This document shows, one piece after another, positions 9,375-22,479 of a DNA stretch of 64,000 nt (positions are counted from its first letter, which is position 1; the number at the start of each line of letters is the position of its first letter). Under the pieces are notes generated by a model. It searched no databases, was not told the DNA's origin, and was given only the letters and a program-made list of their open reading frames with translations. The DNA is from Marmoricola sp. (GTDB lineage Bacteria > Actinomycetota > Actinomycetes > Propionibacteriales > Nocardioidaceae): the NCBI GenBank assembly GCA_025965315.1, contig JAOPXD010000154.1:9822-73821 (forward strand), given 5' to 3'. The position numbers and the translations under genes were made by a program.

Positions 9375-10370
9375 ATGGATCAGATGTCGCAGCTCTCCCC
9401 GTTCGGGTGGGGTTCCTTCGTGCACCACGGAAACTTCCAGCCCGGCTGGACAGCCGTCGGGATCGTGCTCGTCGTCGGCTACCTCCGCGCGCTGAGCCAC
9501 GGTCAGCGACGCGGTGCGCACCTGTCGACGTGGCGGATCGCCTCGTTCCTCGCGGGCGTCGTGCTGCTGGTCGCCACCGTCAGCTCGGCGATCGACGTCT
9601 ACGCGATGTCGCTGTTCTGGGTGCACATGATCGAGCACCTGCTGCTGATCATGGTCGTCCCTGCGCTGCTCGTGCTGGGCCATCCGCTGACCGTCCTGCG
9701 GCAGGCGCACGACGAAGCCGGCCAGGCCCGGTTCGACGCGGTCGTGCGGTCCGGTCCGGTCGCGCTGCTGACCCACCCGGCCGTCGGCCTGGCCCTGTAC
9801 GCCGCCGTGATCATCGGCACCCACCTGACCGGGTTCATGGACCAGATGGCGATGCACGCCTGGCTGATGACCGCCGAGCAGGCCACCTACGTCATCGCCG
9901 GCTACCTGCTGCTGCTTCCGCTGCTGGGTCGCGAACCGGTCCGCTGGGAGATCCCCTACCTGCCGCGGATCGTGCTGATCCTGGTGGCGATGGTCCCGGA
10001 CACGGTCGTCGGGCTGGTGCTGCTGCAGTCGAACAACGACAGCTTCCCGATGATGTTCGCGATGCACCCGTCCTGGGCGCCGAGCGCGGTCGACGACCAG
10101 CAGATCGCCGGTGGCCTGATGTGGGCGGTCGGCGACGGCCTGATGATGCTGGTCGGCGTCGCGGTCGTGATCGCGATGATCTCCGACCCCCAGCGCGGTC
10201 GCGTCCTGGGCCCCTGGCTGGAGTCGGCCCGGCGGTCGGCGATGGCCGATCACCTCGTCCAGAGCGGCGGCTCGGAGCAGATCGGTGCCGGAGCCGACGT
10301 CGATGACGACGACGCCGTCCTGGACGCCTACAACGCGATGCTCGGACGTCTCTCGGATCCGGGCGCCTGA
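9375..10370 (+). CDS. Cytochrome c oxidase assembly factor, Caa3_CtaG family
   Basis: Multi-TM; YAMSLFWVHMIEHLLLIMVVPALLVLGHP; DDQQIAGGLMWAVGD. Start uncertain. Confidence 0.85.
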   Translation: MDQMSQLSPFGWGSFVHHGNFQPGWTAVGIVLVVGYLRALSHGQRRGAHLSTWRIASFLAGVVLLVATVSSAIDVYAMSLFWVHMIEHLLLIMVVPALLVLGHPLTVLRQAHDEAGQARFDAVVRSGPVALLTHPAVGLALYAAVIIGTHLTGFMDQMAMHAWLMTAEQATYVIAGYLLLLPLLGREPVRWEIPYLPRIVLILVAMVPDTVVGLVLLQSNNDSFPMMFAMHPSWAPSAVDDQQIAGGLMWAVGDGLMMLVGVAVVIAMISDPQRGRVLGPWLESARRSAMADHLVQSGGSEQIGAGADVDDDDAVLDAYNAMLGRLSDPGA

Positions 10371-10382
10371 GCGACACCGAAC

Positions 10383-10402
10383 CCCGGTCCCCGACCCGGG
10401 GG
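10383..10402 (+). terminator. GC hairpin after the CtaG-like gene
   Basis: CCCCGG...CCGGGG inverted repeat just after the stop at 10370. Confidence 0.35.
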
Positions 10403-10417
10403 CACTAGTCTCAGCGG

Positions 10418-12136
<1,719 letters not shown>

Positions 12137-12326
12137 CCCGACGACGACCTACGGGTCGCGAAGGCGGAACGCCGCGGCTGCCGATTTCCGGACCCTGAGG
12201 AGCACCGGTGTCGACGTCGCCGGCTCGTGGTTGCCGTCCCCGGCGTACACGGCCTCGACCTCGCAGGCCACGAGCTTGCCGCGGCGCGACTCTCACCCGC
12301 GTACCCCGCCCCAGTAACCTCGTGCC

Positions 12327-13715
12327 ATGGACTCCGAGCTGTTCAGGATCGAGCACGACTCGCTCGGCGAGGTCCGCGTGCCCGCCGATGCCCTGTGGGG
12401 CGCCCAGACCCAACGGGCGATCGAGAACTTCCCCATCTCCGGCGTGCCGCTCGCCGAGCGCCACGTCCGCGCGCTCGCGCTGATCAAGCTGGCTGCCGCA
12501 CGCGTCAACAGCCGGCTCGACGTCCTCGACGCCGACCGCGCCACGGCGATCGAGGGCGCCGCCTCGAAGGTCGCCGAGGGTGGCGCTACCGATGCCTTCC
12601 CGATCGACATCTTCCAGACGGGGTCGGGCACCAGCTCCAACATGAACATGAACGAGGTGCTCGCCCGGCTGGCGTCGACCGGGAGCACAGCGATCCACCC
12701 CAACGACCACGTCAACGCCAGCCAGTCGAGCAACGACGTCTTCCCGACCTCGATCCACGTGGCTGCAGCGACCGCTGTCGTCGAGGACCTCCAGCCGGCG
12801 CTGGCACTACTGGCGACGTCGCTGGAGGCCAAGGCGGTCGAGTTCGCCGGGCTGGTGAAGTCCGGCCGCACGCACCTGATGGACGCGACCCCGGTGATGC
12901 TCGGGCAGGAGTTCGGGGGCTACGCCGCGACGGTGACCCTGGCCGGCGAGCGGCTCGACGCGGTCCTGCCCCGGGTCCGGGAGCTGCCGCTGGGCGGCAC
13001 CGCTGTCGGCACCGGGATCAATACCCCCGCGGGCTTCTCCGCGGCCGTGATCGCCGAGCTCGCCGAGCTGACCGGGCAGCCTTTCACCGAGGCCCGCAAC
13101 CACTTCGAGGCCCAGGGCACCCGCGACTCGCTGGTCGAGCTCAGCGGGGTCCTCAAGACGATCGCGGTCGGGCTCACGAAGATCTGCAACGACCTGCGCT
13201 GGATGTCCTCGGGGCCGACCACCGGGCTCGCCGAGATCCACCTGCCCGACCTGCAACCGGGATCGAGCATCATGCCCGGGAAGGTGAACCCGGTCCTGCC
13301 CGAGGCAACCCTGATGGTCTGCGCCCAGGTGATCGGCAACGACACCGCCATCACGGTCGCCGGCGCCGCGGGGAACTTCGAGCTGAACGTGATGATGCCG
13401 GTGATCGCCCGGAACCTGCTCGAGTCGATCCGGATCCTCAGCACCTCCACCAGCCTGCTGGCGACCCGGTGCGTCGACGGCATCACCGCCGACGCCGAGC
13501 GGATGCACCGCTACGCCGCGTCCTCGCCGTCGGTGGTCACCCCGCTCAACAAGTACCTCGGGTACGAGGAGGCTGCCAAGGTGGCCAAGGAGTCCCTCAA
13601 GCACGGCCGCACGATCCGGGAACAGGTCCTGGAGATGGGGTACGTCGATCGCGGCGTCGTCACCCTTGAACAGCTCGACGCAGCCCTCGACATCGAAGGA
13701 ATGACCCACCCGTGA
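12327..13715 (+). CDS. fumC: Class II fumarate hydratase
   Basis: [37 protein letters not shown] signature. Confidence 0.93.
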   Translation: MDSELFRIEHDSLGEVRVPADALWGAQTQRAIENFPISGVPLAERHVRALALIKLAAARVNSRLDVLDADRATAIEGAASKVAEGGATDAFPIDIFQTGSGTSSNMNMNEVLARLASTGSTAIHPNDHVNASQSSNDVFPTSIHVAAATAVVEDLQPALALLATSLEAKAVEFAGLVKSGRTHLMDATPVMLGQEFGGYAATVTLAGERLDAVLPRVRELPLGGTAVGTGINTPAGFSAAVIAELAELTGQPFTEARNHFEAQGTRDSLVELSGVLKTIAVGLTKICNDLRWMSSGPTTGLAEIHLPDLQPGSSIMPGKVNPVLPEATLMVCAQVIGNDTAITVAGAAGNFELNVMMPVIARNLLESIRILSTSTSLLATRCVDGITADAERMHRYAASSPSVVTPLNKYLGYEEAAKVAKESLKHGRTIREQVLEMGYVDRGVVTLEQLDAALDIEGMTHP

Positions 13716-14551
13716 GCAAGACCATCGTGATCACCGGTGCGAGCGACGGCATCGGCCTGGAGGCCGCCAGCCAGCTGGCCGCCCAGGGACACCACCTCGT
13801 GCTCGTCGGCCGCAACCCGGCCAAGGTCGCCCGGGCGGTCGAGCGGCTCCGTACCGAGTCACCGGACGCGGTCGTCGAGTCCTTCGTCTGCGACTACGCG
13901 GTCCTCGACGACGTACGACGGCTCGCCGCGGACCTGCTCGCGGCGTACCCGCGCATCGACGTCCTGGTGAACAACGCCGGCGGTGTCTTCGACAAGCGGA
14001 CCACCACCGCGGACGGCTACGAGTCGACCTTCGCGGTCAACCACCTCGCCGGCTTCCTGCTGACCGAGCTGCTGCTGGACCGGATCATCGCCAGCGGCCG
14101 AGCGCGCATCGTCACCACCGCGTCGGTCGGTCACTCCCGGGGCACCATGGACTTCGACGACCTCGGTCTCGAGCGCGGCTACCAGATCATGCGGGCCTAC
14201 AGCCGGTCCAAGCTGGCGAACGTGATGTACACCCGGATGCTGGCCGCGCGGCTCGGCGGCACCGGGGTCACCGCCACCTGCCTGCACCCGGGCGCCGTCG
14301 CGACGAACATCTGGGCCGGCGCGCCTGCGATCGCGAAACCGGTCCTGGGCGTGGCCAAGCGGTTCCTGATGATCACCCCGGAGCAGGGCGGCGCGACGCT
14401 GACCTACCTGGCGACCGGCCCCGAGGTCGACGGGCTCAGCGGCGGGTACTACGAGAAGAACAAGCTCAAGGAGCCGTCCGCGCTGGCCCAGGACGAGGTC
14501 GTCGGGCAGCGGTTGATCGAGACCAGCCGGACGCTGGTCGGGCTGACCTGA
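13712..14551 (+). CDS. SDR family oxidoreductase (retinol dehydrogenase-like)
   Basis: [17 protein letters not shown] (YxxxK); GTGA overlap with fumC. Confidence 0.92.
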   Translation: MSKTIVITGASDGIGLEAASQLAAQGHHLVLVGRNPAKVARAVERLRTESPDAVVESFVCDYAVLDDVRRLAADLLAAYPRIDVLVNNAGGVFDKRTTTADGYESTFAVNHLAGFLLTELLLDRIIASGRARIVTTASVGHSRGTMDFDDLGLERGYQIMRAYSRSKLANVMYTRMLAARLGGTGVTATCLHPGAVATNIWAGAPAIAKPVLGVAKRFLMITPEQGGATLTYLATGPEVDGLSGGYYEKNKLKEPSALAQDEVVGQRLIETSRTLVGLT

Positions 14552-14560
14552 CCTGCCCGC

Positions 14561-15193
14561 TCAGTAGTAGCCGTGAGCCTTCTTGAACGACCAGGCGGCA
14601 CACGCGGTGCCGTAGCGCTGGTGGATGTAGTTCAGGCCCCAGCGGATCTGGGTCTCGGCGTCGGTGCGCCAGTCGGCCCCCACGGTGGCCATCTTCTTGC
14701 CGGGCAGTGCCTGCGGGATCCCGTACGCCGTGGAGTGCGGGTTGTCGGCGCGGACGTTCCAGTTCGATTCCTGGGTCCAGATGTCGTTGACGCAGTCGAA
14801 GTCCGAGGCGAGCAGCCCGTACTGCGGCATCAACGCCAGGGCCAGCGCCTTGGGGTCGGTCTGGGAGAGGTTCTCGCTACGCGTGACCGCGACGCCGGTC
14901 GCGCTGCCCAGCTCGGCGGCCTTGAGCGCGTTCACCTGTGCCGGTCGGTTGCCGCCGGAGCGTGAGGTCCCCTCGACCCGGGAACCCAGGGCGACCTTGG
15001 ACAGTGGCTTCCCGGCGCTGAGGCTGACCGCGGTGCTCGGCTTCGCCGCGTCGCCGTGCGCGGCGACTCCGGCCGAGACCGTCATCCCGGTGGCGAAAGC
15101 GGCGATGCCGGAGAGGTACACGGCGTTCTTCGCGGTCGCGCGGGCTCGCTTGGGTGGTGCGTTCCGGTGTTTGGGAACGTACTTCTCAGGCAA
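14561..15193 (-). CDS. Secreted lytic transglycosylase (SLT-like) protein
   Basis: Signal/TM segment, catalytic WTQESNW, AYGIPQA, QIRWGLNYIHQRYG. Confidence 0.85.
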   Translation of the reverse strand: MPEKYVPKHRNAPPKRARATAKNAVYLSGIAAFATGMTVSAGVAAHGDAAKPSTAVSLSAGKPLSKVALGSRVEGTSRSGGNRPAQVNALKAAELGSATGVAVTRSENLSQTDPKALALALMPQYGLLASDFDCVNDIWTQESNWNVRADNPHSTAYGIPQALPGKKMATVGADWRTDAETQIRWGLNYIHQRYGTACAAWSFKKAHGYY

Positions 15194-15325
15194 GGCGCGG
15201 ACTCTCAGGTTGTTGGCGACAAGGACCGTCGTACGGCAACGGGGAGGGCCCCACCTTCACCCGAAAGGCGACCAGGAATCAAGTTGGGCACGCCGTATCG
15301 CGAGACTGGTCCACAAGTTGTGACG

Positions 15326-15376
15326 GCTGGGGTCCCTGAGGCGACCTGAGCAGGCCGCTCCAGGGCGACCCCAGCC
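15326..15376 (-). terminator. Hairpin downstream of the PhoH-family gene
   Basis: GGCTGGGGTC...GACCCCAGCC inverted repeat about 10 nt past the stop at 15387. Confidence 0.5.
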
Positions 15377-15386
15377 GATCACGTCC

Positions 15387-16757
15387 TCACATCGAGACGT
15401 GCTCGAGCATCTCCGTGACCAGCGCAGCGATCGGGGAACGCTCCGAGCGGGTCAGGGTGACGTGCGCGAACAGCGGGTGTCCCTTGAGCTTGTCGACCAC
15501 CGCGACCACACCGTCGTGGCGACCGACCCGCAGGTTGTCGCGCTGGGCGACGTCGTGGGTCAGGATCACCTTGGAGTTCGCACCCATCCGGGAGAGCACC
15601 GTCAGCAGCACGTTGCGCTCAAGGGACTGAGCCTCGTCGACGATCACGAACGCGTCGTGCAACGACCGGCCGCGGATGTGCGTCAGCGGCATCACCTCGA
15701 GCATGCCGCGGTCGAGGATCTCGTCGACGACGTCGGGGGTGGTGACGGCACCGAGCGTGTCGAAGACCGCCTGACCCCAGGGCGACATCTTCTCGGACTC
15801 GCTGCCCGGCAGGTAGCCGAGCTCCTGGCCGCCGACGGCGAACAGCGGCCTGAAGACGATGACCTTCTTGTGCTGACGACGCTCCAGGACGGTCTCGAGG
15901 CCGGCGCACAGCGCGAGCGCCGACTTCCCCGTCCCCGCTCGCCCTCCCAACGACACGATCCCGATCTCCGGGTCCAGCAGCAGGTCGAGCGCGATCCGCT
16001 GCTCGGCGGAACGACCGTGCAGGCCGAACACCTCGCGGTCGCCCTTCACCAGGTGCACCCGCTTGTCCGGGCCGACCCGTCCCAGGGCGCTGCCCCGGTC
16101 CGACATCAGCACCAGGCCGGTGTGGCAGGGCAGGTCGCGGGCGTCGGCGAGGTCGATCACGGTGTCGTCGTACAGCTCGTCGATCTCGGTGGACAGCACG
16201 TCGAGCTCGGTCATCCCGGTCCAGCCGGCGTCGGACTCGTGGATCTGCTCGCCGAGGTACTCCTCGGCGTCCAGACCGACGGCCGAGGCCTTGATCCGCA
16301 GCGGGAGGTCCTTGGAGACCAGGGTGACTTGGAAGCCCTCGTTGGCCAGGTTGTTGGCGACCGCGAGGATCCGGGTGTCGTTGTCCCCGAGCCGGAAGCC
16401 CGAGGGCAGCGATGCCGCGTCGGTGTGGTTCAGCTCGACCCTGATGGAGCCACCGTGCTCGCCGATCGGCACCGGACGGTCGAGCCGACCGGCCTCGATC
16501 CGGAGCTCGTCGAGCATCCGCAGCGCCGAGCGGGCGAAGTACCCGAGCTCGGGGTGGTGACGTTTCCCCTCGAGCTCGGTGATCACCACGACCGGGAGCA
16601 CCACCTCGTGTTCCTCGAAGCGCCTGATCGCGCCTGGATCGGCCAACAGGACCGAGGTGTCGAGGACATAGGTACGCCGCCCGGCGACGGGCGGCGTCGT
16701 CGCTCTCGCTGGGCTCTTGCCGGGGGTCTTGCTGGACGCGCGCTTCGCAGTGGCCAC
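15387..16757 (-). CDS. phoH: PhoH-family protein with an N-terminal PIN domain (PhoH2/YlaK-like)
   Basis: [12 protein letters not shown] motif, DNDTRIL, Walker [19 protein letters not shown]. Confidence 0.92.
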   Translation of the reverse strand: MATAKRASSKTPGKSPARATTPPVAGRRTYVLDTSVLLADPGAIRRFEEHEVVLPVVVITELEGKRHHPELGYFARSALRMLDELRIEAGRLDRPVPIGEHGGSIRVELNHTDAASLPSGFRLGDNDTRILAVANNLANEGFQVTLVSKDLPLRIKASAVGLDAEEYLGEQIHESDAGWTGMTELDVLSTEIDELYDDTVIDLADARDLPCHTGLVLMSDRGSALGRVGPDKRVHLVKGDREVFGLHGRSAEQRIALDLLLDPEIGIVSLGGRAGTGKSALALCAGLETVLERRQHKKVIVFRPLFAVGGQELGYLPGSESEKMSPWGQAVFDTLGAVTTPDVVDEILDRGMLEVMPLTHIRGRSLHDAFVIVDEAQSLERNVLLTVLSRMGANSKVILTHDVAQRDNLRVGRHDGVVAVVDKLKGHPLFAHVTLTRSERSPIAALVTEMLEHVSM

Positions 16758-16915
16758 GAATGTTTCCCCTCACGGACCGACGCGCGCACTCAGCGCCCCG
16801 GTCCTAGCAGTGCTGCTCGGACCGGGACAGGCAGGGGCCTGAGTGCGAACCCCTTGAGCCGTGATTTCTCACGAACCTGCCTTTCGGCACAGCCCCCAAC
16901 CGTTGAGGGCCGTAC
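16758..16915 (-). promoter_or_regulatory. Structured 5' leader of phoH (candidate cis-regulatory RNA)
   Basis: Four hairpins on the minus strand, two with GAAA tetraloops; TACTTT -10-like box just upstream. Confidence 0.45.
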
Positions 16916-17012
16916 GAAAAAAGTACGACGTGCGGATCCAATAATCACGAAGACACGCCCGGTCGCGGGTTACAGGCATGTGAACGGTGTGACGGAAGGG
17001 TCACAGACCCGA

Positions 17013-17789
17013 TCAGGAACCGTAGCGGCGGTCGCGCAGGGCGAAGGCCCTGACCGCACGCAGGAAGTCGACGCGGCGGAAGTCGGGCCAGTAGGCCTCG
17101 CAGAAGTAGAACTCGCTGTGCGCGCTCTGCCAGAGCAGGAAGCCGCCGAGGCGTTGCTCGCCGGAGGTGCGGATCACCAGGTCGGGATCCGGCTGACCCT
17201 TCGTGTACAGGTGCTCGGCGATGTGGTCGACGTCGATGACCTCGGCGAGCTCCTCGATCGTGCGGCCCTTCGCCGCCTCGGCGTGCAGCAGCGCGCGCAC
17301 CGCGTCGGCGATCTCCCGGCGCCCGCCGTACCCGACGGCCACGTTGACCAGCAGGCCCGGCGCATCGCGGGTCGATTCCTCGGCCGCCTTGAGCCGCTCG
17401 GCGGTCTCCGCCGGCAACAGGTCCAGGGCGCCCACCGGGTGCAACCGCCAGCGGTGCTGCTCAGCCAGCGAGGCGACCGCACCTTCGATGACCCGGAGCA
17501 GACCTTCGAGCTCGTTGCTGGGGCGGTTGAGGTTGTCCGTGGAGAGCAGCCACAGCGTGACGACCTCGACACCGACCTCCTCGCACCACTCGAGCAGCGG
17601 CTCGATGTTGGCCGCGCCCGCCTGGTAGCCGTGGGCGGTGTCCGCGCCGACGGCCTTGGCCCAGCGGCGGTTGCCGTCGAGCATCACACCGATGTGCTTG
17701 GGGAGGCGGTCGGTCGGCATCCGCCGCACCATGCGCGCCTCGTACGCCGGGTAGAGCACCCTGCGCACGCCACGTTTCCAGTCCGCCAC
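17013..17789 (-). CDS. uppS: Isoprenyl transferase (cis-prenyltransferase, Rv1086-like)
   Basis: HIGVMLDGNRRW, LSTDNLNR, DPDLVIRTSGEQRLGGFLLWQ. Confidence 0.93.
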   Translation of the reverse strand: MADWKRGVRRVLYPAYEARMVRRMPTDRLPKHIGVMLDGNRRWAKAVGADTAHGYQAGAANIEPLLEWCEEVGVEVVTLWLLSTDNLNRPSNELEGLLRVIEGAVASLAEQHRWRLHPVGALDLLPAETAERLKAAEESTRDAPGLLVNVAVGYGGRREIADAVRALLHAEAAKGRTIEELAEVIDVDHIAEHLYTKGQPDPDLVIRTSGEQRLGGFLLWQSAHSEFYFCEAYWPDFRRVDFLRAVRAFALRDRRYGS

Positions 17790-17878
17790 GTTCTCAGGGT
17801 AACGGGCGGTCTGCCCGGCGCCGGGCCGAACGCGACGAGGAACACCGAGTTCATCGACTCGTTCGGGTGAACGGTTAC

Positions 17879-17895
17879 CTACGGTCGCGTAGCCT
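17879..17895. promoter_or_regulatory. CTACG-N4-CGTAG palindrome overlapping the -10 box (TAGCCT) of the hemolysin III gene
   Basis: Palindrome 17879-17892; TAGCCT 17890-17895 lies 7 nt before ATG 17903. Confidence 0.4.
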
Positions 17896-17902
17896 CGGAG
17901 TC

Positions 17903-18615
17903 ATGACTGCACGAGCCCCCGTCGGCGAAAAAGCCGCCGAACTCAGCCACGAGGCTGCGCTGGCCGTGCACGACGCGATGAACGCGGCGAAGCCGAAGCT
18001 GCGCGGCTGGCTGCACGCCGCGATCTCCCCACTGACCATCGCCGCCGGGGTGGTGCTGATCTGCCTGTCCCCGACCGTCGCCTCCAAGGTCGGCTCGGCG
18101 CTGTTCGCAGCCACCGCGATCCTGCTCTTCACCGTCAGCGGCATCTACCACCGCGGCACCTGGTCCCCGAAGTGGTGGGCGATCCTGCGGCGCTTCGACC
18201 ACGCGAACATCTTTCTGCTGATCGCCGGTTCGTACACGCCGTTCGTGCTGCTCCTGCTGCACGGTGGCGCCCGCGTCGGGATGCTGACGATGGTCTGGAC
18301 GGGCGCGGTGCTCGGCGTCGCCTTCCGGGTCTTCTGGACCGACGCGCCCCGCTGGCTCTACACCCCCCTCTACGTCCTGCTCGGCTGGGCCGCGATCTTC
18401 TACGCCGAGGACTTCGCCGACGGTGGCGGGACCGCGGTGATCACGCTGATCGTCGTCGGTGGTGGGCTCTACACCCTCGGTGGCCTCGTCTACGGCCTGA
18501 AGTGGCCGGACCCGTTCCCGAAGTGGTTCGGCTTCCACGAGATCTTCCACGTCTTCACGATCGCCGCGTTCGTCTGCCACTACGTCGCGGTCTCGATCGC
18601 GACGTACAACCTGCG

Positions 18616-18619
<4 letters not shown>
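17903..18619 (+). CDS. trhA: Hemolysin III family (PAQR) membrane protein
   Basis: [40 protein letters not shown]. Confidence 0.92.
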
Positions 18620-20604
<1,985 letters not shown>

Positions 20605-20619
20605 CTCGCAAGCGGGTTC

Positions 20620-20900
20620 ACGAGTGATACACGAGAACCGGTGCCACTGGCCTCCAGTGGCAGGTGTATCAAAGTCACTTCTCGCGTATCACCGTCGAGC
20701 GCCCCTGCCATTCGGATTCCAATGGCAGGCCCCACATCGATGAGTGCGTCTTCACCGCCGCGAAGTGACGCACCATCCGCACCACCCAGATCGCGACAGA
20801 TTCGTTCGCCTCACGAAGTAGGGTTTCGTGCGCGTTGATCAGCCAGCTTGCTAGCTCGCAACGAGCGGCTGGCTAGCGGTTGCGGTGGTTCTCCGGGTGC
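20620..20900. repeat. Palindrome-rich intergenic element (REP/MITE-like or ncRNA candidate)
   Basis: GTGATACACGAGAA (20624-20637) / TTCTCGCGTATCAC (20679-20692) 13/14 inverted repeat enclosing TGCCACTGG-N3-CCAGTGGCA; further hairpins at ~20704-20729 and ~20841-20874. Confidence 0.5.
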
Positions 20901-21749
20901 TCAGCGATTCAGCGCACTCCAGATCATTGCTGCCATCTTGTGCTGTCCCGTCATGGATAGGTGGTCGAGGTCGCCGGCGAGGTCACCTTTGCCGAGCCGC
21001 ATGGTCTGCATGACACCGCCGTCGGTGCGGCATCTCGAATATTTCGCACACACCTCGCTGATGATCGTCCAGTAGTGGTCGACCAGGCTCTGCAGGTACC
21101 GCTCGTGCTTCGGGTCGACCCTGCCGGTCCTGGGGTCGACCGGGTCGCACGGCCCGGTGCCGGCGATGTGGTCAGGATCGATGGTCATCACTACGCGGTC
21201 GTACTCCTTGACCGACGCCCATTGTGAGACGAAGAAGATCTGGGCACCGGAAAGGTCTCGGTCGACGGCGTCCAGGACCGCAGTCAGCTTCTCTCGGTAG
21301 GGTCCGTAGTTCTGCGGGTCGGTCCCGTCGCACTTGACGTCGTTGTCGATGGACTGAACCAGCACGAGATCGGGGGCCGGCCGCACCTTCGCTGCCTCTG
21401 CCTCCTGGCCGAGCAGGCTGTCGACGGTCGAGCCGTCGATCGCGACGTCTGTGGCGTGACCCTCAACCGCGGGATTCATCGCCAGAACCCGTTGGTAGAT
21501 GCTGTCGACCGCGGGATTCGTGCCGGTGGCCCAGGAGTTCGCGGTCACGTCAGTAGAGGGTCGGGAAGGATCGGAGTTGTAGCCGGTCAGACCGGAATGA
21601 CCGATCGCCGCGATCGACGAGGGGTACCGCGAGTCGGGGGTCGCCGGTCCAGGGCCGCCGACCTCGGAGCTGTGGCCCGACCCGCACGAAGTAGAGAGTG
21701 CGAGCCCGACCGCCAGGGCTGTCATCAGTGAGACCCCGCGCGATGTCAT
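20901..21749 (-). CDS. SGNH/GDSL-like lipoprotein (GHS variant of block I)
   Basis: Lipobox LSTSC; AAIGHSGLTG, QSIDND, DLDHLS. Confidence 0.75.
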   Translation of the reverse strand: MTSRGVSLMTALAVGLALSTSCGSGHSSEVGGPGPATPDSRYPSSIAAIGHSGLTGYNSDPSRPSTDVTANSWATGTNPAVDSIYQRVLAMNPAVEGHATDVAIDGSTVDSLLGQEAEAAKVRPAPDLVLVQSIDNDVKCDGTDPQNYGPYREKLTAVLDAVDRDLSGAQIFFVSQWASVKEYDRVVMTIDPDHIAGTGPCDPVDPRTGRVDPKHERYLQSLVDHYWTIISEVCAKYSRCRTDGGVMQTMRLGKGDLAGDLDHLSMTGQHKMAAMIWSALNR

Positions 21750-22327
21750 CTGCGCTCACTTGCGGGGCGGACGAACGAGGTGCAGGTGCCTAGTGCGGCG
21801 AGCATCAGGAGGGCGTCGAGGATCGCCAACCAAGAGATGTTGGCGACGTGGGCCACTGGGAAGAGCGCGGCGCCCAGCGCGAGTAGTCCGGTCCACCAGC
21901 TCGGTGCGCGATGGCGGAGTGCCGCGGCCGCGATGAGGAAGGTCAGCGGGAAGAAGAAACCCATGGTCTTGAAGACGTTGGCAGGTCCTTGCTCGTTGAA
22001 GAGGTCGTTGCCTCCGAGCGCAACGTGGAGGGCGTTCTCTCCGACACCGGCGTTGCCGATGACGCCGAGCACGGCTACGACGAGTAGGACCGCTTGCACA
22101 CCTCCGCGGGTGAGGCTGGCCAGCTTGAGCGCGGCGACGCCGTAGATCGCTGCGGCGACGATGTGCAGGGCTGCGGTCGTTCCGTCGTCCCAGCCGCGCG
22201 CCGCGTACGAGCAGTCGAGCGCCAGGTAGGCGAGCGGAGCGGCCAGCAGGGAGGCGTCGAGGAGGCGCCGAGCCGGGTCGTCGGGGACCACCAGGTCGGG
22301 CGTGGTGGAGGTGGGCGAGGCAGACAT
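21746..22327 (-). CDS. Hypothetical membrane protein (about 6 TM)
   Basis: ATG at 22327 (MSASPTSTT...); hydrophobic segments; stop overlaps the next start (ATGA). Confidence 0.7.
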   Translation of the reverse strand: MSASPTSTTPDLVVPDDPARRLLDASLLAAPLAYLALDCSYAARGWDDGTTAALHIVAAAIYGVAALKLASLTRGGVQAVLLVVAVLGVIGNAGVGENALHVALGGNDLFNEQGPANVFKTMGFFFPLTFLIAAAALRHRAPSWWTGLLALGAALFPVAHVANISWLAILDALLMLAALGTCTSFVRPASERR

Positions 22328-22393
22328 GTGTCGGGTCCTTCCGGTTGATGCATCGGTCGTGTCAGGATCGACCGAGCCGGAGGGTTCTGTCTG

Positions 22394-22443
22394 CGGGGGT
22401 TTCCCTGGATGCTGCACCTCGAGCGATTCCAGGGATAACCCTG
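22394..22443. promoter_or_regulatory. Two 14-bp GGG-N4-CCC boxes between divergent genes (candidate LuxR operators)
   Basis: CGGGGGTTTCCCTG at 22394-22407 and CAGGGATAACCCTG at 22430-22443. Confidence 0.45.
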
Positions 22444-22479
22444 TGCCTGTGAGCGGCCTTGATGCGCCACGATGGAACG

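Noticed and set aside
15194-15325. Possible c-di-AMP (ydaO) riboswitch upstream of the transglycosylase
   Set aside because: Such leaders are common for cell-wall genes, but I could not find the conserved ydaO elements.
15399-17870. 823-aa plus-strand ORF
   Set aside because: Antisense shadow of phoH and uppS; no motifs.
20675-20875. Protein-like minus-strand frame (ELASWLINAHETLLREANESVAIWVVRM...)
   Set aside because: No clear start, RBS or recognisable family; could be a gene fragment but cannot be supported.
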